A stretch of DNA of 39,211 bases from Candidatus Woesearchaeota archaeon (GCA_012798335.1 JAAZNJ010000005.1:1-39211), one strand, 5' to 3'; counted from the first letter of the stretch, positions 1 through 8,731 are shown. Notes: generated by a model not told the origin, from the sequence alone. Numbers and translations: made by a program.

Positions 1-220
1 AAGAATTATCAAATCTTAAAAAAACATCTACATCATAAATTCCTTTTTTTATTAATGTTCCTTTAGCATAACTTCCTCCGATAAATAATTCTGTCTTAAT
101 TTTTTGTTTTTTTATCTCTTCTTTTATTCTTTTATTTATCTCTTTTAAATTATGTTCTATTTCCTTTATATCCTCTTTCTGAGGATTTATTTTTTTTAAA
201 ACCTCTTTTAGAATTCGCAT
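1..220 (-). CDS. cca: Pol-beta superfamily nucleotidyltransferase, N-terminal part only (gene runs off the window); best guess archaeal class I CCA-adding enzyme
   Basis: Absent from the ORF track because it is truncated. Reverse-strand ATG at 220-218, 1 nt from the stop of gene 222..626. Translation is MRILKEVLKKINPQKEDIKEIEHNLKEINKRIKEEIKKQKIKTELFIGGSYAKGTLIKKGIYDVDVFLRFDNS. It carries the G[GS]-x(9-13)-DxD nucleotidyltransferase signature about 50 aa from the N-terminus, as in archaeal CCA-adding enzymes (from memory). Confidence 0.5.
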   Translation of the reverse strand, partial: MRILKEVLKKINPQKEDIKEIEHNLKEINKRIKEEIKKQKIKTELFIGGSYAKGTLIKKGIYDVDVFLRFDNS

Positions 221-221
221 A

Positions 222-626
222 TTATTTCTCTGGATTCTTTATTTCTTTAATATCACTTAAACTCTTATTTAATGTTGAAGCCAAATCTATTATATATTTT
301 CCTTCTTCTATTTTATAAACAAGAGGTCTTTTTTTATTGAATAAATTAACTAAATCTATTTCAAATTTACCAGAACCAACAACTCTCACTGACTCAATAT
401 CTAAAATAACAGGGGTGTCTTCTTCTGTTATTCCTGCAATTTCTCTTATATCTTTTTCAACTTGATTTTTTTCTTCTTCTGGTAAGATTATCGGATTTTC
501 TTTTATTTTTTCTAATTGGTCCTCTCTAATATAAAAAAAGAAATGACTACCACAACTGCAACCTTCTAATAATTCTTTACTTCCTGCAGGATAAATCTTC
601 CCGCAATGAACGCATTGATGAGCCAT
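222..626 (-). CDS. Zn-ribbon protein (archaeal DUF2072/COG3364-like)
   Basis: N-terminal CVHCGK...CSCGS four-Cys ribbon. Last gene of a tightly packed GTPase / DUF2073-like / Zn-ribbon triad, which I recall as conserved in archaea. Confidence 0.55.
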   Translation of the reverse strand: MAHQCVHCGKIYPAGSKELLEGCSCGSHFFFYIREDQLEKIKENPIILPEEEKNQVEKDIREIAGITEEDTPVILDIESVRVVGSGKFEIDLVNLFNKKRPLVYKIEEGKYIIDLASTLNKSLSDIKEIKNPEK

Positions 627-695
627 AACTTATAAAAAACCTTTTAGTTTTTAATTGTTTTTATTATAAAAATTTTAATGTAATTCTTTAATCCT

Positions 696-1106
696 TTACT
701 TATTCAAAAAGAGTTCTATCTTTTTTGGATCTTTTTTAATCTCTTTTACAATTGTTGCAGGACCTATTATGGTTATAGAAGTTAAATCACTACCAATAAG
801 AGCATTTGCAATGTTCTTTGTTATTTTAGAAAAGAAATTTTCTTGATTATCCCCTGAAATAACAGCTAGTTCTATTCCTTTAAATCCATCTGTATAATCT
901 ATCATTGCCATAGTGTCTTCTATTAACCTTGTCTCCTCTTGAGGCAATAATCTTCCTTGTAATATTAAGATTTCATTGCCTAAAACAATTCCTAATATCT
1001 TTTTTATTCTTGAAGTGCTATCTAAATTCTTTATTTCTGAATAAGGCATAAACTGAATAGAAAAACCTTTTATATTCCCAATTTTTTTATTCCCTCTTTT
1101 TTCCAT
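696..1106 (-). CDS. Conserved archaeal protein (DUF2073-like)
   Basis: 136-aa ORF. Its start is 1 nt from the GTPase stop (1106/1108). Called from position in the triad; I can name no catalytic motif. Confidence 0.45.
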   Translation of the reverse strand: MEKRGNKKIGNIKGFSIQFMPYSEIKNLDSTSRIKKILGIVLGNEILILQGRLLPQEETRLIEDTMAMIDYTDGFKGIELAVISGDNQENFFSKITKNIANALIGSDLTSITIIGPATIVKEIKKDPKKIELFLNK

Positions 1107-1107
1107 T

Positions 1108-1770
1108 TTATCCTTTAGATTTTTTAGATAGTTTAAATAATGATTCGTAAAATTCCTCTAAGTTATTCCCAAATTTCGCACTGATTCCAACAACTTCATA
1201 CTCTGGAAAAGCTGCTTCAATCTTTTTTACATCAGCTTTCTTTATATCTATTTTATTAGCCACAACTAAAACAGGTATTTTTCTTGCAACTAAATTTCCA
1301 ATTATTGTTATATTAACTTGATTATAAGGATTTTCAGTTGCATCTAAAACCACTACAACAATGTCCATATCATCTAACCATTTTATGCTTTCAATAACTC
1401 CTTGGGTTGCTTCTTTTGCTCTTTCTTTTGCCTCTTTTTTTGACATCTTGTATTTTAAGAATTCTTCATAATCTATTTTTGTAGCTATTCCAGGTGTATC
1501 AATCATTTTAAAAGTCATTTTTTTTCCTTTGTAATCAATCTCAACTTTTTCTTTAAATTGAACTTTTCTTGTTTCATGAGGTATTTTGCTTACTGTTCCT
1601 AATTCTTCTCCTGTAAAATCCTTACAAATTCTATTAACTAAGCTGGTTTTTCCTGCATTTGGAGGCCCATAAAACCCAAGTTTAATCTCTTTTTTATTAT
1701 TAAAAATATTATTGAGTATCCTTCTAAAGAAATTTGTTAGAATTTTTATCTCCATATTATAACTTCTCAC
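1108..1770 (-). CDS. Small GTP-binding protein (TRAFAC-class GTPase)
   Basis: G1 GPPNAGKTS, G3 DTPG, G4 NKID and G5 SAK motifs in the canonical order. Confidence 0.8.
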   Translation of the reverse strand: MRSYNMEIKILTNFFRRILNNIFNNKKEIKLGFYGPPNAGKTSLVNRICKDFTGEELGTVSKIPHETRKVQFKEKVEIDYKGKKMTFKMIDTPGIATKIDYEEFLKYKMSKKEAKERAKEATQGVIESIKWLDDMDIVVVVLDATENPYNQVNITIIGNLVARKIPVLVVANKIDIKKADVKKIEAAFPEYEVVGISAKFGNNLEEFYESLFKLSKKSKG

Positions 1771-1843
1771 TTTTAGTTTATAAATATTTCACCTATAAGA
1801 CTATATTGTTCTTATCTTATTACTTATATTTTATTATTTGAAA

Positions 1844-4501
1844 TTAATTTGAAAGAGGCATTCCTGTATTTTTATTTGCATGTTTTTTAGAGGCATATTT
1901 TATCTGTTCTCCTGTCCATCCTGCTTTTTTAAGTTCAGCACTAATTTCTCCTTCTTTTTTACCTCTTTTTCTTTCTGCTTCAATAAACAAAACTAAATTA
2001 TAAAGCTGATTTTGGTCTTTAAATAAATGTTTTTCATATTTATTTTTATACCAATTAGCTAAAATTATCCAAGTTATTATACCTATTACTACAATTATCC
2101 CTGATATTAAAATTATAAGTTTAGTATTATCTTTTACTTCTACAGGAACAGGAGTTTCAACATCTAAATATGAAAGTGCAGGTGAAATAATTGCGTTAAA
2201 ATTTAAAGAATCTACATTCTGTGTTGTTGCAAAACTTATTGTTCTTGTTTCAGGAGAAATATCTATTTTTACATATCCATTATTCTCATTATAAGAAAGA
2301 TTTCCATCAAAAATTAAATTGTCATATTTTTTTAAGATTAAAGTTGAATTTAATATATTATCATTTTGATTTTCTATTTTTAATGTATAAAACTTTTCAA
2401 TTAGATAATCTTGATTGTCTACTCTTTTATTTATTTCTTTAAAAGTTAAAGATAATTTTTTATTTAATGTTTGCCAATTATAAATTGCATCTTGATATTC
2501 TTCAAGATTTGAAGAGTTATAACTCTCGTCTATCAAAGCAGGCTCTATTTGGTTTTTTTGAGGGTATACTGGTAGAGGAACTTGGGTTTGTGATTTTATA
2601 TATACAGAATCAGGTATATTCATTGTTGAAAGGTTAGATAAATATAAAGCATATTCATTAGAGGTTATATTTGAAGAATTAATTCTTGATTTAATTAAAG
2701 AAATCATGTTCTTATTTTCATTTATTTTTAATATCCTATAAATTTCAGATTTCTCAAAATTGTTTAAAGACATAGAATTTGAATTTAATTCAGAAATAAT
2801 TTTATTTAATTTACTTTCTTCTTCTAATAACATAATAGGCAAAGCATTAACAGCTGAAACTACCTCAACTTTGAAAGATTTTGAATATTCTTTATTAGAA
2901 GAATCATAAGCTTTTACTGATATGGTATAATTCCCTAAAGAAGAATAACTATGGCTAGCTTTAGGAACTGTTGTTTGTATTGGAGAACTTCCGTCCCCAA
3001 AATCCCAATAATAAGAATTTATACCTTTTGTGTTATTTACACCTATCTCAAACTGAGTAGAATAATTCACAGGAACCATTAAAGGATAAATCCAAAATAA
3101 AGCATCATTGCTTATTAAAACACTAACAACTTTTGAGAATATAAGTCTTGTATCAAAATACATCTTTAAGGTGTAATTTTTTGATGTAGTGGATATTGGC
3201 ATATTAAATCCGATATTATTCAAATAAATTTTTTGATAAGAATTTGTTGTTATATTTGCATGAACAACATTCAAATCATAAATATTATTAGTTTGTGTTA
3301 TCACTCCTGCTTTAAATCCTAAGTTTAATGAATCTAAATTTATTGTTTGGTTTTTATTTGTTATAAAATTTATAGGGATTATACATCCTTTTGAACAATT
3401 GTTATTATAATTACTATCAACATAATCTTTTATTGCTGATTCAACACTTATGATATCTGGATTTATCTTATTTATTGAACTAGAATTTAAAATAAAACTT
3501 CCAGTTGTGTTATATTTTTCTTGTCTAGCATAAATATCAAAATCTAAATTTCCTTGGAGTTCATTTAAAATTATAGAAATACCACAAGGATTATCAGATT
3601 CATATTTAATTTTATACTCTGTAGCATTACTATCTCTTGGACTAACACAAACAAGATATTCCTCATTTTCAAATGTCGGATAGGTAACATTACAAAAGAT
3701 TTCATTTTCTCCATCTGTTGTGGCTAAACAAGAAGCAGATCTTGTATTTTCTTCATTTAATATAGTTAAATTGAAAGAAGCTTTCTTTGTTCCATTTACT
3801 GTAGCTCCAAGCATTAAACCAGGACTATCTTTTAAAATCATCTTTTGGCAATAAGCATTTCTTGTATTACCAAAAGTAGCATAATCTATGGCTTTATCTT
3901 CTTCAAAGCATCCATAATTTCTATCCCCATATTCCTTTGTTCCAATATTTGACTGCCAATCTATAATTTTATCATTAAATAAATCAATCTTTAATGGAGG
4001 AAGTTCTGATTTATCATTATCAGAAGTTACATTTAAAGTGAAAGAATCAATTTCTGTTAATAAAGAGTTAGGAGGTGTTGTTATAACAAATGCAAATAAA
4101 TTATCTTGAATTTCATTACTTTCTATTGTTTTTGATTTTGATATTGAAGGATTTGATGATTTATAAAAATCTTTACAATCTGAAGGAGAACAAGAATAAT
4201 TAACTTGAGAATTTACTGATTTTTTTAACATATCTAAAAGAGATAAAGTTTTGTTAAAAGAAATATCCCCTAATAGAAGACTCATCTTTATTAAAGAATT
4301 TGTAGATTCATTTACAATACTCATATTTAACCAGCCATTTAAAGTTTCATTTGAAGAATAAACTGTTGAGATAGAATAACTCTGGTTTGCACTTGCATTT
4401 CCCAAGGTTACAGAACAAGATATAAATGATAAGAGAGATACAAAAATAAAAAAATTAAATGCAATTGCTAAACTTATAAAAATTGTATTTTTTTTCACCA
4501 T
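1844..4501 (-). CDS. Large Asn-rich surface protein with PKD domain, C-terminal TM anchor and short cytoplasmic tail
   Basis: N-terminal hydrophobic signal/TM (IFISLAIAFNFFIFVSLLSFISC). PKD signature YYWDFGDGSS...HSYSSLGNYTISVKAYDS. Many NxS/T sequons. C-terminal TM (LIILISGIIVVIGIITWIILANW) followed by a Lys-rich tail. Confidence 0.7.
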   Translation of the reverse strand: MVKKNTIFISLAIAFNFFIFVSLLSFISCSVTLGNASANQSYSISTVYSSNETLNGWLNMSIVNESTNSLIKMSLLLGDISFNKTLSLLDMLKKSVNSQVNYSCSPSDCKDFYKSSNPSISKSKTIESNEIQDNLFAFVITTPPNSLLTEIDSFTLNVTSDNDKSELPPLKIDLFNDKIIDWQSNIGTKEYGDRNYGCFEEDKAIDYATFGNTRNAYCQKMILKDSPGLMLGATVNGTKKASFNLTILNEENTRSASCLATTDGENEIFCNVTYPTFENEEYLVCVSPRDSNATEYKIKYESDNPCGISIILNELQGNLDFDIYARQEKYNTTGSFILNSSSINKINPDIISVESAIKDYVDSNYNNNCSKGCIIPINFITNKNQTINLDSLNLGFKAGVITQTNNIYDLNVVHANITTNSYQKIYLNNIGFNMPISTTSKNYTLKMYFDTRLIFSKVVSVLISNDALFWIYPLMVPVNYSTQFEIGVNNTKGINSYYWDFGDGSSPIQTTVPKASHSYSSLGNYTISVKAYDSSNKEYSKSFKVEVVSAVNALPIMLLEEESKLNKIISELNSNSMSLNNFEKSEIYRILKINENKNMISLIKSRINSSNITSNEYALYLSNLSTMNIPDSVYIKSQTQVPLPVYPQKNQIEPALIDESYNSSNLEEYQDAIYNWQTLNKKLSLTFKEINKRVDNQDYLIEKFYTLKIENQNDNILNSTLILKKYDNLIFDGNLSYNENNGYVKIDISPETRTISFATTQNVDSLNFNAIISPALSYLDVETPVPVEVKDNTKLIILISGIIVVIGIITWIILANWYKNKYEKHLFKDQNQLYNLVLFIEAERKRGKKEGEISAELKKAGWTGEQIKYASKKHANKNTGMPLSN

Positions 4502-4623
4502 CTTTTACTTTATATTAAGAAATTTTTATTTTATAAATCTTCCTTTATAGAGATTGGAAAATATTGAGAGATTTTATAAAAGATTATATAACAAATTAAA
4601 TAAAATTTGATGTCAAGATAAAG

Positions 4624-4633
4624 TTTTATAAAA
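4624..4633 (+). promoter_or_regulatory. TATA-box-like element (TTTTATAAAA) about 25 nt upstream of the ArsR-family ATG; implies a leaderless or near-leaderless mRNA
   Basis: Called from sequence and spacing only. AT-rich background makes this weak. Confidence 0.3.
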
Positions 4634-4653
4634 TTGATAATACTTAATATTTT

Positions 4654-4974
4654 ATGAAAAACGAACTTCTCATATTAAAGGCTTTAGCTGATGAAACGAG
4701 ATTAAAAATTGTTGAACTTTTAATAGAAGGAGAAAAATGTGTTTGTGAAATTTTTCCATATATTAAAAGAACTCAATCTACTATTTCTCTTCAATTAGAA
4801 GTTTTAAAAAAAGCAGGAATTTTAGATTCAAAAAAACAAGGAAGAAAAGTTTATTATTTTATTTCTAATAATAAAATTTATTCCATTTTAGAATTATTAG
4901 GAATTAAAACTGATAAAAAGAATAAGAATAATGGGAATAATAAGGATTATAAAAATAAGACGTATAAAAAATAA
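4654..4974 (+). CDS. ArsR/SmtB-family metalloregulatory HTH repressor
   Basis: LKALADETRLKIVELL...EKCVCEI...STISLQLEVLKKAGIL...GRKVYY. Shows the typical ArsR wHTH, with a CVC metal/metalloid-sensing motif in helix 3. Confidence 0.85.
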   Translation: MKNELLILKALADETRLKIVELLIEGEKCVCEIFPYIKRTQSTISLQLEVLKKAGILDSKKQGRKVYYFISNNKIYSILELLGIKTDKKNKNNGNNKDYKNKTYKK

Positions 4975-5049
4975 TAAAATTATAAAATCAAAAACTTCTA
5001 GTTTCTAACAACTTATAATTTATAAAAAAATAAAAATCAAAAGATTTAA

Positions 5050-5069
5050 ATATTGATAGATATCAATAT
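5050..5069. promoter_or_regulatory. Perfect 9-bp inverted repeat ATATTGATA-GA-TATCAATAT; candidate ArsR operator in front of the thioredoxin-like/permease genes
   Basis: The palindrome is read directly from the sequence. It lies 26 nt upstream of the ATG at 5095, flanked by TATA-like TTTAAATA and TTTTATAAAA. A degenerate copy (AAATTGATAATACTTAATAT, 14/20 identical) sits at 4631-4650, just upstream of the arsR-family ATG. Confidence 0.5.
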
Positions 5070-5094
5070 ATTTTATAAAAAGGTTAAAATTAAA

Positions 5095-5343
5095 ATGAAA
5101 ATAAAAGTTATTGGAAGTGGTTGTCCAACTTGTATAAAACTTCATCAATGGATTTTAAAACTTAGAGATGAAGGCAAAATAAATAAAAAAACAGAGATTG
5201 ATTATAGCAAGGATATTAACGAGTTAATTGAGCTGGGGGTTATGGGAAGTCCTGCTTTAGTTATTGATGGAAAAGTTGTTGGTGTTGGAATGCCATCAGA
5301 TGAAAAAGAACTTCTTGAAATAATAAAAAAATACGAAAAGTAG
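5095..5343 (+). CDS. Thioredoxin-fold small protein (redox-active disulfide protein 2 type)
   Basis: MKIKVIGSGCPTC: a CxxC motif right after the first beta strand, about 80 aa total. Start moved from the TTG at 5053 to the ATG at 5095, because the family starts MK(I/V)xV.GxGCxxC and an AGGT lies 10 nt upstream. Confidence 0.75.
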   Translation: MKIKVIGSGCPTCIKLHQWILKLRDEGKINKKTEIDYSKDINELIELGVMGSPALVIDGKVVGVGMPSDEKELLEIIKKYEK

Positions 5344-5385
5344 GATTTAGATAATAATCTTAAATAAAACTAAATAAAATTTAAA

Positions 5386-6498
5386 ATGGAAAAAAATGAT
5401 ATTTATTTTTTGTTAACTATACTTTTTGTATTTGGAATTTTATATTTCGTGCCTTCTAATTCTAGCTGGTTTAGAAGTTCTATTTTATCTGCTTTTGATA
5501 TGTTACATGATTATGCTCAAAAACATGTTTTAACTTGTTTATTACCTGCTTTGTTTATAGCAGGGGCTATTTCTGTTTTTGTTAAAAAAGATGCTGTTTT
5601 AAAATATCTTGGGCATAAATCTAAAAAAATAATTTCATATTCTATTGCGAGTATTTCAGGAGCAATTTTAGCTGTTTGTTCTTGTACAATCTTACCTTTA
5701 TTTGCAGGAATAAGAAAAAGAGGAGCTGGATTAGGGCCAGCAATCACTTTTCTATTCGCAGGTCCTGCAATAAATATAGCTGCAATTTTTTTAACTTCTT
5801 CTGTTTTAGGATTTAAGATAGGTTTAGCAAGAGCAATCGCTGCAATTTCTTTATCTATACTTGTTGGACTAACAATGGCTTTAATATTTAGAGAAAAAGC
5901 AGAACAAGGTGGTTTGATTATGCAAGAGAGTAAAGAAGTTCAATTATCTAAAAAAGTACTTTTTGCATTTTTTGGATTAATGATTGGAATTTTAGTTGTT
6001 AATGGTTTACAAATTAACAATTTTATTAAATATCTTTTAATGTTTTCCTTTGCTATTGCTACTGTTCTCTTAGTTATTTTTAAATTTCATAAAGAGACAA
6101 CAAAAGATTGGCTTAATGAGACATGGGGTTTTTCTAAAACTTTATTACCCCTCTTATTTTTAGGTGTTTTTATTGCAGGATTTATAATGCCATTATTGCC
6201 TGAAGAGATTATTTCAAAATTTGTTGGTCAAAATAACTTATTTGGAAATTTAATATCCTCTGTATTTGGAGCATTTATGTATTTTTCAACACTAACAGAA
6301 ATTCCAATATTACAAGCATTAATTGCTAAAGGAATGGCTTCAGGCCCTGCTTTAGCTTTATTATTAGCTGGTCCAAGTTTAAGTTTGCCTAATATGCTTG
6401 TTATTAGAAAAGTTTTAGGAACAAAAAAGACAATTGTCTATGTTTCTCTTGTAATAATTTATTCAACTATTGCAGGATTAATCTTTGGTTTGATCTAA
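5386..6498 (+). CDS. Two-domain permease (COG0701/ArsP-like family)
   Basis: About 10 predicted TM segments. Conserved vicinal Cys motif AVCSCTILPLFAG. The ArsR + thioredoxin-like + permease gene order is a known cassette. Confidence 0.7.
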   Translation: MEKNDIYFLLTILFVFGILYFVPSNSSWFRSSILSAFDMLHDYAQKHVLTCLLPALFIAGAISVFVKKDAVLKYLGHKSKKIISYSIASISGAILAVCSCTILPLFAGIRKRGAGLGPAITFLFAGPAINIAAIFLTSSVLGFKIGLARAIAAISLSILVGLTMALIFREKAEQGGLIMQESKEVQLSKKVLFAFFGLMIGILVVNGLQINNFIKYLLMFSFAIATVLLVIFKFHKETTKDWLNETWGFSKTLLPLLFLGVFIAGFIMPLLPEEIISKFVGQNNLFGNLISSVFGAFMYFSTLTEIPILQALIAKGMASGPALALLLAGPSLSLPNMLVIRKVLGTKKTIVYVSLVIIYSTIAGLIFGLI

Positions 6499-6712
6499 TT
6501 ATCAATTGTTTAATTGTAATTTAAACTCTTCTTCAAATTTCATTTAGTTTTTTTAAACACTTCTTTAAAAATTTGAAAAATTTAAATATAATTCATACTT
6601 AAAGGTATAAAGACAGAGACATTCAATAAAATGCCAAAAGTAATATTTAAACTGGATAAAGAAAAAGATTTATTTAACATTTGGGAAACCTGTAATAAAA
6701 GTTCATCATGGT

Positions 6713-6967
6713 ATGATCATAAAAAAATTACCACAAATAGATGCTAATAAAAATTATTCTGTAAATCTTTACGGGACAAGAAGAGAAGGAAAAGATAAGT
6801 ATATTCTTTACAATGGTGGAACCTTACTTGTCAATGAACAGATGAAGAACTTTGTGGAAGAAATAAGAAAAAGAGGATTTAGATTAAATGATTACCCTGA
6901 AAATCTTAAATTAAAGGCTGAAACATTTGGAAGAATCTTAAAAGCAGGGGGTTTCCTAATTGAATGA
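6713..6967 (+). CDS. Small hypothetical protein; possible winged-helix / RRE(PqqD)-like peptide-binding protein
   Basis: 84 aa. Its TGA overlaps the next ATG (ATGA at 6964-6967). The pattern of short beta strands (YSVNLYG, KYILYNG, TLLVNE) followed by helices, ending GRILKAGGFLIE, resembles PqqD-like RREs. By-eye inference only. Confidence 0.35.
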   Translation: MIIKKLPQIDANKNYSVNLYGTRREGKDKYILYNGGTLLVNEQMKNFVEEIRKRGFRLNDYPENLKLKAETFGRILKAGGFLIE

Positions 6968-7629
6968 TAACTAAAAAAGGAAGATTTTTGATAAGACACA
7001 AAGAAATTGATAGCAAATATATAGAATCTTTTGATTTTGATAAATTAGAAGATAAATATCAAGACATTAAAAAATTTTATTCTTTTGAAAAAGATTTAGG
7101 TTTAATTAGAATTTGTTTTATTTATAGTCCTGAAGAATTTTTATTTTTTACTGGAAGAGAATTTAATCAAAATTGGATTTGTGCGATGGTTGGATATCAT
7201 AATACAATAAATATTTTTTCTCCATCAATTATTGAAAAGATTACAACTCACAAGAAGGAGAGCATTTTTAACACAATAGTTCATGAAATATCTCATCTGT
7301 TTTATGGATATTCAATGTTAGCAGATTTTCCTTTATTTAATGAGGGAATTGCAAAATATCATGAGAATAACAAATGTAATAACAAAATTAATTTTAATCT
7401 TCCTTCACTAAAAGGAGGAAAAGATTCAATTTATGATTATGGTGTAGGGCATTTGATTGTTTGCTCAATTATGGAGCATTTTGGAAATGAAGGTGCAAAA
7501 AAGATAATTAAGTTTTTAAAAGAGTCTTCTACTGAAATGAGTGAAGAAGAATTATTTAATCTATTCAAAAAAATATTTGAAATTGATGTAGATTTATTAA
7601 TAGAACTGAAAGGAGGTAAAGAAAAATGA
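6964..7629 (+). CDS. Gluzincin-type zinc metallopeptidase (peptidase MA-like)
   Basis: VHEISHLFYG (HExxH) followed 19 residues later by NEG (PLFNEGIAKY). This matches the thermolysin-like HExxH...NE third-ligand spacing. No signal peptide. Confidence 0.6.
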   Translation: MITKKGRFLIRHKEIDSKYIESFDFDKLEDKYQDIKKFYSFEKDLGLIRICFIYSPEEFLFFTGREFNQNWICAMVGYHNTINIFSPSIIEKITTHKKESIFNTIVHEISHLFYGYSMLADFPLFNEGIAKYHENNKCNNKINFNLPSLKGGKDSIYDYGVGHLIVCSIMEHFGNEGAKKIIKFLKESSTEMSEEELFNLFKKIFEIDVDLLIELKGGKEK

Positions 7630-7817
7630 GTTTAGAAAATATCAAGGGAATAGATGAAAAAGTTTTTGAATATTTAGAAAGAGCACAAATCTTAGGTGGA
7701 GTTAAAACTAATTATGACCTTAAAAAAGAAACTTGTGACCAAAGTTGTTTTTGTGATACGTGCGATTGTGTATGTCACCAATCTTGTCATGGGGAAGGAC
7801 CTTGTTATAGCTTGTAA
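7626..7817 (+). CDS. Cys-rich small peptide A (candidate RiPP precursor; metallothionein-like peptide is the alternative)
   Basis: 63 aa. Canonical GGAGGT 8 nt upstream of the ATG, and an ATGA overlap with the peptidase stop. Cys-free 36-aa N-terminal part containing LGG, then ETCDQSCFCDTCDCVCHQSCHGEGPCYSL (8 Cys). Confidence 0.6.
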   Translation: MSLENIKGIDEKVFEYLERAQILGGVKTNYDLKKETCDQSCFCDTCDCVCHQSCHGEGPCYSL

Positions 7818-7821
7818 ACCA

Positions 7822-7842
7822 TTTTTATTTTTTATTTTTTTT
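7822..7842 (+). terminator. Oligo-T tract (T5-A-T6-A-T8), archaeal-type terminator after peptide A
   Basis: Read directly, 5 nt after the TAA at 7815-7817. Confidence 0.4.
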
Positions 7843-8054
7843 AGTAGTTCTTAGTAGCTTTTGCTTTCAATTCCTCTTAAAAAGATTTAATCTCATATTA
7901 GCTAGTAAAAACTTTATAGAGTTAAAAAGAGGTATGACATAAAGCAAGATGAGACAAACTTTAAAACAACAAATTTATTATCTAAAATTTGAAAGAAGAG
8001 AAAGAATTTACACAATTGTTAAAAATTCATTTAATAATATTTAACAAAAGATTA

Positions 8055-8420
8055 TTATTTCTTCTTATAACTTCCTTTTCTTGAAAAACAAGAAACAAGA
8101 AAATCATCTATCTTTTCTTGACTTTGAGTTGTCTTTTTTCTTACACAGCTTCTTCTTAAAATGTCTTGGATTTGCTCTTCAAGATTCATCATGTTCTTTT
8201 TTGCTCTTTTCTCCAAAGTTTTTAATATGTCATCAGAAAGAAAAATACAAACCTGATTTTTTATTTTTGAATCTTTCAAATTACTTTTTGTTATATAATT
8301 AAAGGCTTCTTGTATTGTATTTTCAGGCCATTTGTTATTTATCAAAGAGGTTTTTATTTGAAAATCAGAAAAACCTCTTTTTCTTGCTTCTTCTATAAAG
8401 TTAATCAATTCTTTATTCAT
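8055..8420 (-). CDS. Hypothetical protein: N-terminal ~40-aa FIEExRKRG module plus C-terminal ribbon-helix-helix-like segment
   Basis: N-terminus is LINFIEEARKRGFSDFQIKTSLINNKWPENTIQEAF. C-terminus is VCIFLSDDILKTLEKRAKKNMMNLEEQIQDILRR, a beta-alpha-alpha pattern of CopG/Arc type. Confidence 0.45.
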   Translation of the reverse strand: MNKELINFIEEARKRGFSDFQIKTSLINNKWPENTIQEAFNYITKSNLKDSKIKNQVCIFLSDDILKTLEKRAKKNMMNLEEQIQDILRRSCVRKKTTQSQEKIDDFLVSCFSRKGSYKKK

Positions 8421-8432
8421 TTCTTTTTTATT

Positions 8433-8723
8433 TTATTTTTTAGAAATATTTGCATTTGTAACATAAACTTTCTCAACTTTGAAAGATTTGTAAATTCCTT
8501 CAATTATATCTGTTCCAGCATATCCTGACAATAAAGATAATCTAGGGTCAAAATTAAAAACAATTCCTGTAAAAATCCCTATAATCAAAGCAACTAAAAC
8601 AGTTATAAAATAATAATTCCATAAGATTTTTCTTCTTAAAGACAAAGCCTTTAATAAACCAACAACTCCTCTTGTTAATCCACCAATACCTCCGAGAAGT
8701 CCTGCTGTAAAGAGTTCATTCAT
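8433..8723 (-). CDS. Small integral membrane protein
   Basis: 96 aa with Gly-rich hydrophobic segments (LLGGIGGLTRGVVGLL, YYFITVLVALIIGIFTGIVF). 8-nt gap to the upstream gene. Confidence 0.45.
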   Translation of the reverse strand: MNELFTAGLLGGIGGLTRGVVGLLKALSLRRKILWNYYFITVLVALIIGIFTGIVFNFDPRLSLLSGYAGTDIIEGIYKSFKVEKVYVTNANISKK

Positions 8724-8731
8724 TTTATTGC

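Noticed and set aside
5053-5094. TTG-initiated extension of the thioredoxin-like gene
   Set aside because: It would start inside the palindromic operator. The ATG at 5095 gives the canonical MK.KV.GSGCxxC N-terminus and has an AGGT upstream.
6630-6712. Mini-ORF MPKVIFKLDKGKRFI* upstream of 6713..6967, and a possible -1 frameshift fusion to it
   Set aside because: The frame of 6713 is open back to 6659, so a fusion is formally possible. There is no slippery heptamer or supporting motif, and the 84-aa ORF already has its own ATG. I cannot support it from sequence alone.
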